Of a stretch of DNA of 64,000 bases, positions 58,042 through 64,000 are shown in pieces (within the stretch, counting starts at the first letter, position 1; the number at the start of each line of letters is the position of its first letter). The notes under the pieces are model-generated. The model saw nothing but the letters and a program-made list of their open reading frames with translations. It did not search any database and was not told the DNA's origin. The DNA comes from an uncultured Candidatus Entotheonella sp. Its GTDB lineage: Bacteria; Tectomicrobia; Entotheonellia; Entotheonellales; Entotheonellaceae. The position numbers and the translations under genes were made by a program. The stretch spans positions 1,664,001-1,728,000 of the forward strand of contig OZ244252.1 in NCBI GenBank assembly GCA_965217185.1. The letters run 5' to 3'.

Positions 58042-59763
58042 GTGTACCTGCCCTTCTTCAATTTGCGCGAGCCACCGTTCAATCTGACCCCCGACCCTCG
58101 CTTTCTGTTCCTCAGCTCACAGCATGAAGAAGCCCTCTCCCACCTGTTGTACGGCATTCACGAGCGCAAAGGGTTCATCGAGATTAGCGGCGAAGTCGGC
58201 ACGGGCAAGACGGTGCTGTGCCGGGCGCTCCTGGAGCAGATCGACGACTCGGTTTCCACGGCGCTGATCTTCAACTCCTATATGACTCAAACGGAACTCC
58301 TGGGGGCCATCAGCCGCGATTTCGGGCTGGCGACCGAGGGCGTCGCCGGTGGCGGCCTAATTGACAGGCTGAACACCTACCTGCTGTCGGAGTTCAGCGC
58401 CGGGCGCAACGCGGTGGTGGTGATCGACGAGGCACAGAACCTGGAGCCAACGGTGCTGGAGCAGTTGCGCATGCTGTCCAATCTGGAGACGGCGCGCGGC
58501 AAGTTGCTACAAATCGTCCTGGTGGGCCAGCCGGAACTGCGCGACAAGCTTTCCCTGCCCGGCATGCGGCAACTGGACCAGCGGATCGCAGTGCGGTTCC
58601 ACATCAACGAGCTGAGCCGCGCGGAAACGGCAAATTACATCATGCACCGCCTGCGGGTGGCGGGAGCCGCAGGGAGCGCAGCAATCGGAAACGGCATCAC
58701 CTTCACGCGGCACGCCCTGACGCTGATTTACCAATACAGCGGCGGGCTGCCGCGTCGCATCAATCTGGTGTGCGACCGGGCGCTGATGAACGCCTTTGTG
58801 CACGAAACGCGGTGCATCAACGGTACCATCGTGCGGCAAAGCGTGCGCGACCTGAACGGCGGACGACAAGCCGTCGGCGTCAGGACGCCGGGCACGCGGC
58901 TGGTGGGGCGGCTGGCGCTGGCCAGTCTGACGGGCTGCGCCCTGCTGGGGCTGGTCACCAGTGTCTGGATGTTGCCTGATGGGCGTGCCGGACTCACCTC
59001 GCCGGCCGCCAAGCCGGTGGCGGCGCGCCGCGAGACAGCCTCTCCGGCGCTTGTGTCCCAGGTGATTGGCGACGGTGCGTCTTCGGTCCCGCCCGATGTG
59101 CCGGAGGCCAAGCCGCAATTGCGCGCCGTGTCCGCCCCGGAACCCGAATCGCTGAATCCACACGACAATGCGGCATTGTCGCAGGCCCTGTGGCGCCTGA
59201 GAAAAGACGCCGAGGCGATACTGCCGACCTTGCAGGACCCGGCGTCGGCGAATTGGGAAAGCCTGCTGAGAAGCGTCGCGGACGAACGGGACGTGATGCC
59301 GTTTCAGCCCCGCTTGGCGCAGTTGCCGCACATTTCGCGGCCGTGTTTCATCGAGGTGCTGCCGCATATGTCGGCGCCGCACGCCGTGCTGTGGGTGCTG
59401 GCGCGTGGGGTGCCGGACGGTGTGCTGATCTACGACGAGTCAGGGGAATTAACGCTGGTAACTCTGTCCGAATTGCGGCAGATGTGGTACGGCGCACTGT
59501 ACCTGACGGTAGAGGCGAACACCTATGAGGGTCTGGCGCTGCGATCGGGCATGCAGAGCGATCAGGTGCGGGCTTTACAGCTAGCGTTGAAGCAGGTCGG
59601 TTATTTTCCTGACGAACCCTCCGGATTGTTCGATACGCAGACGCAGCAGGCCGTCAAGCGATTTCAGCGCGACAATTGGCTGCCCGTCGATGGCAACGCC
59701 GGGCGGCAGACGCTGATTGCGCTGCTGCATTTCGGAGGCAATGCCCTGGAACGCGCGACATAA
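58042..59763 (+). CDS. exeA: ExeA/GspA-family ATPase with C-terminal peptidoglycan-binding domain
   Basis: PFNLTPDPRFLF, GEVGTGKT, IDEAQNL and GQPEL motifs; TM segment; VKRFQ....LPVDG.AG..T. Confidence 0.88.
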   Translation: MYLPFFNLREPPFNLTPDPRFLFLSSQHEEALSHLLYGIHERKGFIEISGEVGTGKTVLCRALLEQIDDSVSTALIFNSYMTQTELLGAISRDFGLATEGVAGGGLIDRLNTYLLSEFSAGRNAVVVIDEAQNLEPTVLEQLRMLSNLETARGKLLQIVLVGQPELRDKLSLPGMRQLDQRIAVRFHINELSRAETANYIMHRLRVAGAAGSAAIGNGITFTRHALTLIYQYSGGLPRRINLVCDRALMNAFVHETRCINGTIVRQSVRDLNGGRQAVGVRTPGTRLVGRLALASLTGCALLGLVTSVWMLPDGRAGLTSPAAKPVAARRETASPALVSQVIGDGASSVPPDVPEAKPQLRAVSAPEPESLNPHDNAALSQALWRLRKDAEAILPTLQDPASANWESLLRSVADERDVMPFQPRLAQLPHISRPCFIEVLPHMSAPHAVLWVLARGVPDGVLIYDESGELTLVTLSELRQMWYGALYLTVEANTYEGLALRSGMQSDQVRALQLALKQVGYFPDEPSGLFDTQTQQAVKRFQRDNWLPVDGNAGRQTLIALLHFGGNALERAT

Positions 59764-59778
59764 CAGCGAGCGCCGCTT

Positions 59779-60585
59779 ATGAGCATCATCAACAAAGCCC
59801 TGAAAAAGGCACAGCGGGAACAGCAACTGGTGCAAGGCGGCACGCCCTGGGTGCTGCCCGCATCGGCGCCGGCCGAGGCGCCCCGGAGGCGCGGCCAAAC
59901 GGTATGGATCGTCGGGGCAGCGCTGTTCGCCCTCAGCCTCGGTGCGACGCTGCACGCCTGGCTTACCAGTCCGACGGCACAGGTCGAAACCGTTTTCGAG
60001 CCCGCCCGATCCGCCACCGCTCCGGCTCCGCAACCGGAGCCAGGGAAGCCAACGAAGGAAGCAGGGATGGGTTTCAGGCCCGCGCGCCAGATCGTCAATG
60101 CCGTTCCCAATAGCCAACTGGACCTGCCAAGGACTGCCAGCGTCGCCCCAGTCCGGCCCGTCCCAATCGCTCTTGCACGGCGCCCCAGCCCGCCGGTCAC
60201 CGCCGCCGACTACATTGCTCGCGGCAATGCCCTCTACCGCCAGGGCAAGTACCAACGAGCCATCGACATGTATCAAGCCGCCTTGGCACTCGACCCGCTC
60301 GACGTCAAAGCCCGCAACAATCTCGGAAGCGCCTTTCTGCAACTCACCCTGGACGACCGCGCCACGGCGGCCTTCCAGGAAGTGTTGCGGCTGGACGACT
60401 CTTACAGCCTGGCCTATTACAACCTGGCCTGCGTGCAGGCGCGCGCCGGCAACGTGGCAAGCGCCGCGGCGTACCTGCTGCAGGCCGTGGCCATCGAGCC
60501 TGAGGCGCGTGAGTGGGCGAGCACGGACGGCGATTTCGCCTCGGTGCGCAACGCGCCGGAATTCCGTCAGCTTCTGGAGCCGTAA
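59779..60585 (+). CDS. ExeB/GspB-like membrane protein with C-terminal TPRs
   Basis: MSIINKALKKAQRE N-terminus, TM helix, Pro-rich linker, TPRs ending in YNLAC. Confidence 0.7.
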   Translation: MSIINKALKKAQREQQLVQGGTPWVLPASAPAEAPRRRGQTVWIVGAALFALSLGATLHAWLTSPTAQVETVFEPARSATAPAPQPEPGKPTKEAGMGFRPARQIVNAVPNSQLDLPRTASVAPVRPVPIALARRPSPPVTAADYIARGNALYRQGKYQRAIDMYQAALALDPLDVKARNNLGSAFLQLTLDDRATAAFQEVLRLDDSYSLAYYNLACVQARAGNVASAAAYLLQAVAIEPEAREWASTDGDFASVRNAPEFRQLLEP

Positions 60586-60587
60586 CG

Positions 60588-61505
60588 ATGCTGAAGCGAT
60601 ACTTCTGGGTCGCCTACCTGCTCCTCGTTACCGCCGCCGCGGTGATGGCTGCGGACATCGCCAAGGGGTACGTCACGATGCGGCTCAGCGCGCCAGCCGT
60701 GCAGCCGCCGGCCCGGGTTTCGAGCAGCGCGGCGCCGGCGGTCCAACGGATGGCGCTGGCCGACTACGCTATCATCTCGGCGCGCAACCTGTTCAACGCC
60801 AACCCGCCATCGGGCGATTCGGCGCCAGCGGCCGAGGTGAAGGCGGTCGAAGAAGCGGTGCAACCCACGCAACTCCGCCTGCGGCTGATCGGCATCGTGG
60901 CTGGGGACTTGCCGCAGCAGCAGTACGCCATTATCGAGGACTTACAACGCAGCGGCGCGCAGGACATTTACCAGGTCGGCGACGTGGTGCAACGTGCGGC
61001 CATAATCGACATTCGTCCTGACTGCGTGTTGCTGGATACGCGCCGACAGCGCGAGAAGCTGTGTTTTGATTACGATAAACACACCGGCGATACAAACGGC
61101 AGACCTGCGCCACACGGCCCGGATGGGCGCGAAGATTCGGCCGCTGCTGTGGACGAGCCGGGGGATGACGACATTGTACGGGTCGATCAAGGCACCTGGC
61201 GCGTCAAGCGGGAATTGATCACGGAACAATTTGCCGACCTCGGCACGTTGTCGCGGCAGGTGCGCGTGACCCCGCACTCGATCCAGGGCAAGCCGAGCGG
61301 CTTTCGCCTGACCCGTCTGCGACCGGGCCTGCTGCAGCGCATCGGCCTGATCAACGGCGACGTGCTGCAGCGGGTCAACGGGCTGGACATCAACTCGCCG
61401 GAAGAAGCCCTGAAGGCGTATCAGGCGGTCCAAAGTGAACCCACCGTGCGACTGGAAATCCTGCGGCGCAACAGCCCGACCACCCTCACCTACGAAATTC
61501 GATAG
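60588..61505 (+). CDS. gspC: type II secretion protein GspC with PDZ domain
   Basis: TM helix, RNLF, LRLIG..AIIED HR domain, GLINGDVLQRVNG PDZ. Confidence 0.88.
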   Translation: MLKRYFWVAYLLLVTAAAVMAADIAKGYVTMRLSAPAVQPPARVSSSAAPAVQRMALADYAIISARNLFNANPPSGDSAPAAEVKAVEEAVQPTQLRLRLIGIVAGDLPQQQYAIIEDLQRSGAQDIYQVGDVVQRAAIIDIRPDCVLLDTRRQREKLCFDYDKHTGDTNGRPAPHGPDGREDSAAAVDEPGDDDIVRVDQGTWRVKRELITEQFADLGTLSRQVRVTPHSIQGKPSGFRLTRLRPGLLQRIGLINGDVLQRVNGLDINSPEEALKAYQAVQSEPTVRLEILRRNSPTTLTYEIR

Positions 61506-61538
61506 CCGATGGCGACTTGACCTGAGAATGAGGATTCC

Positions 61539-63644
61539 ATGCGTTTATACAAGCTCTGCCTGCTTGGATTGTTGCTGACCGGGGTCGTGTTCCTGGCAGG
61601 ACTCCAAGCGGGCCACGCGGCGCGACTCGACGACGAGGAGGCCGCTGCTAAAACCGAGGCGCCAGACAGCGGCAACAAGATCCAGTTAAATTTCCGCGAT
61701 GTGGAAATTCTGAACGTCATCCGCTTGATGAGCGAGTTGACCGGCAAGAACTTTCTGGTGGACAGCAACGTGCGCGGAAAAGTGACGCTTATCGCCCCGG
61801 AGCCGGTGAGCATCGACGAGGCGTACGAGGTTTTTCTGTCAATCCTGGAGGTCCAGGGCTTCACCGTTGTGCCGCAGGGTCCGATCATCAAGGTCATTCC
61901 GTCCGCCGACATCAAGGACAGCCCGATTCCCACCGCTACAGACGAGGAGGGTGCCCTGTCGCCGACCAGTAGCGACGCCTTTGTGACGCAGCTCATCTCC
62001 CTGAAATTCGCAGACGTGAACCAGATTCGCGGGCTGCTGTCGCCGCTGGTGTCCAAGGAGAGCAGCTTGTTGTCGTACGTGCCGACAAACACGCTGATTC
62101 TCACCGAGACGACGTCGAACATTGCACGATTGAAAAAGATCATCGCCATCCTGGACGTGAAAGCGGCGACGAAAATTTTCCGCGTGGCCCCGCTGCAGCA
62201 TGCGGACGCGGGAGAGCTGGCCAGCTCGCTGCAGACGGCATTGCAAGGATTGGCGGAAGCGGATACCGCCGCGGCCGAAGCGCAGCAGCCCACCGACCAA
62301 GCAGAACGGCGGCGACGGCGACGGCAGCGGAGCGCTCAATCGCCGCAGAGCGACGACGACGGACCGACCATCATCGCTGACAGCCGGACGAACAGCCTAG
62401 TGCTGATTGCAACCCCTGCCGACATGGAGGTGGCCCAAGACATCATTGCCAAGCTGGATATCCCGACGCCCGCCGGACGGGGCAAGATTCATGTGTATTA
62501 CCTGTCCCACGCCAATGCCGAGGAACTGGCGCAGGTGCTGACGGCGCAGGCGCCGGAAATTGCCCAGATAGAGGAGGCGCAGGCGGAAGGACAGTCCCAG
62601 CGAACGCAGCGGCCCGGGCGGCCCACGACCGGCAGAACGCCGACGGACATCACGATTACCGCCGATAAGCCGACCAATTCTCTCGTCATTGCGGCTGATC
62701 CGGAGTCGTACGCGATCATCGAGGACATCATCAAGAAGCTGGATATCCGCCGCTCGCAGGTGCTGGTGGAGGGGTTGATTGCGGAGGTGACGCTGAACAC
62801 GGCCCGAGAATTGGGGGTGGAGTGGCGCGTCATCGATCAGCTGGACGGCACCCAGGTGTTTGCCAGCGCGGCGGGGACGGTAGGCGCAGACGGCACCGGG
62901 GTTCTTGCCAACCCGACGTCCTTGCTCAGTACGCCCGGCTTTATCGTAGGCGCCCTGCGCAACACGATCCGCCTCGATATCGGCGGCAGTGAACAGCAAT
63001 TGCTCAACATTCCGTTTCTGTTGCGGGCCTTCCAGGGCAATACCAACGTCGAGGTGCTGGCGACGCCGAACCTGTTGACGACGGACAACGAAGAAGCAGA
63101 GATCATCGTTGGCGAGCAACGTCCTTTTCTGACCTCGGTCAACCGAATCCCCGATGCCGGCATTATCAACGTCAGCAATACCTTTGACTTTCGCGACACC
63201 GGCATTACCCTGCGCATCACGCCACAGATCAGCAAGGGACACACGGTGCGCACCGAGCTGTTCCTGGAGATTACCCGCTTCGTGTCCGAGGCCGAGGTGG
63301 GCGCCGTGACGACGACGAAGCGTTCAACGAAAACCACGGTCATCGTGGATGACGGTCAGACGATCGTGCTCGGCGGGCTGATTCAGGACACGAGCAACGA
63401 CGCGGAAACCCGAGTGCCTTTTCTCAGCAATCTGCCGCTGCTCGGCGGGCTTTTCAAGCAGACCGGCGTGCGAAGCAACAAGACCAATCTGTTGATTTTC
63501 CTGACGCCGCACATCATCAGCACGCACGATGACGTTGACCGGGTGACGACGCACAAACAAAAGCAAGCCCATCGGCCCGAGGCCATCGAGCAGAAACTTC
63601 TTGAAGGGCAACCACAGGACAACCTCGAATGGCTGCTGGACTGA
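61539..63644 (+). CDS. gspD: type II secretion secretin GspD
   Basis: LNFRD, TGKNF, LDIRRSQVLVE, P.LLT.DNEEA and VPFLSNLPLLGGLF motifs. Confidence 0.95.
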   Translation: MRLYKLCLLGLLLTGVVFLAGLQAGHAARLDDEEAAAKTEAPDSGNKIQLNFRDVEILNVIRLMSELTGKNFLVDSNVRGKVTLIAPEPVSIDEAYEVFLSILEVQGFTVVPQGPIIKVIPSADIKDSPIPTATDEEGALSPTSSDAFVTQLISLKFADVNQIRGLLSPLVSKESSLLSYVPTNTLILTETTSNIARLKKIIAILDVKAATKIFRVAPLQHADAGELASSLQTALQGLAEADTAAAEAQQPTDQAERRRRRRQRSAQSPQSDDDGPTIIADSRTNSLVLIATPADMEVAQDIIAKLDIPTPAGRGKIHVYYLSHANAEELAQVLTAQAPEIAQIEEAQAEGQSQRTQRPGRPTTGRTPTDITITADKPTNSLVIAADPESYAIIEDIIKKLDIRRSQVLVEGLIAEVTLNTARELGVEWRVIDQLDGTQVFASAAGTVGADGTGVLANPTSLLSTPGFIVGALRNTIRLDIGGSEQQLLNIPFLLRAFQGNTNVEVLATPNLLTTDNEEAEIIVGEQRPFLTSVNRIPDAGIINVSNTFDFRDTGITLRITPQISKGHTVRTELFLEITRFVSEAEVGAVTTTKRSTKTTVIVDDGQTIVLGGLIQDTSNDAETRVPFLSNLPLLGGLFKQTGVRSNKTNLLIFLTPHIISTHDDVDRVTTHKQKQAHRPEAIEQKLLEGQPQDNLEWLLD

Positions 63645-63669
63645 GCCAGCGCTGGAGGAGACGCCCGCC

Positions 63670-64000
63670 GTGACGAGAACGTCCCTGGCCGACATCCTGA
63701 TCGACACCGGCGATCTGACGCCCGAACAGTTGACGCGCGCCGAGGCGTTAAGCGCCGAGCGTCAATTGCCGTTGCCCGAGGTGCTGCTGCGGCAGCACAT
63801 GGTCAGCGACGACGCGCTGTTGCGGGCGCAGAGCCGGCAGCTCGGTCTGACGTACTGGAAGGAGTTGCCCGACAGCGAGTTCGACGTGCCGCTGATGCAA
63901 CGCGTGCCGCTGGGATTCGCGCGGCAGCACGGGCTGGTACCAATCCGCATGCAGGACGGCTCAGCGCTGGTGGCCATCAGCCGGGCGCTGGATTTGCAGC
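63670..64000 (+). CDS. gspE: type II secretion ATPase GspE, N-terminal part, truncated by the window
   Basis: GGAGGAG RBS and GTG start; open to the window end; MshEN/T2SSE_N-like sequence SLADILIDTGDLTPEQL...FARQHGLVP; follows gspD. Confidence 0.75.
   Translation, partial: MTRTSLADILIDTGDLTPEQLTRAEALSAERQLPLPEVLLRQHMVSDDALLRAQSRQLGLTYWKELPDSEFDVPLMQRVPLGFARQHGLVPIRMQDGSALVAISRALDLQ

Overview
A GC-rich bacterial chromosomal window. The gene content (orphan TRAP solute-binding proteins, LLM and PPOX-class oxidoreductases, PQQ dehydrogenases, paralogous ketopantoate reductases) resembles Tectomicrobia/Entotheonella-like or deltaproteobacterial genomes; this taxonomy is inference only. Core or metabolic content: an aceE-aceF-lpdA operon, metH, recJ, a cinA-ldcA-serine hydrolase-mpl peptidoglycan-recycling operon, the start of a type II secretion cluster (exeA, exeB-like, gspC, gspD, partial gspE), tRNA-Phe(GAA) and tRNA-Gly(CCC). 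The main accessory element is an ~11 kb, integrase-less, tightly coupled 8-gene minus-strand operon ending 20 bp after tRNA-Phe: Xis-like HTH, hsdM, AAA ATPase, S8 protease, hsdS, DUF433, frameshifted PIN toxin, hsdR. It is a type I R-M system with an IetAS-like module and a toxin-antitoxin pair nested inside. Features the ORF track misses or splits: a SelW/Rdx selenoprotein (CxxU with a SECIS-like hairpin), the frameshifted PIN toxin and GTAG-type REP-like repeats. Also notable are two tandem PQQ dehydrogenases with an atypical active site flanking a cytochrome c, an uncharacterised Rieske cluster after metH, and a structured 5' leader on an RRM gene. All calls come from motif recognition by eye; no database searches were run.
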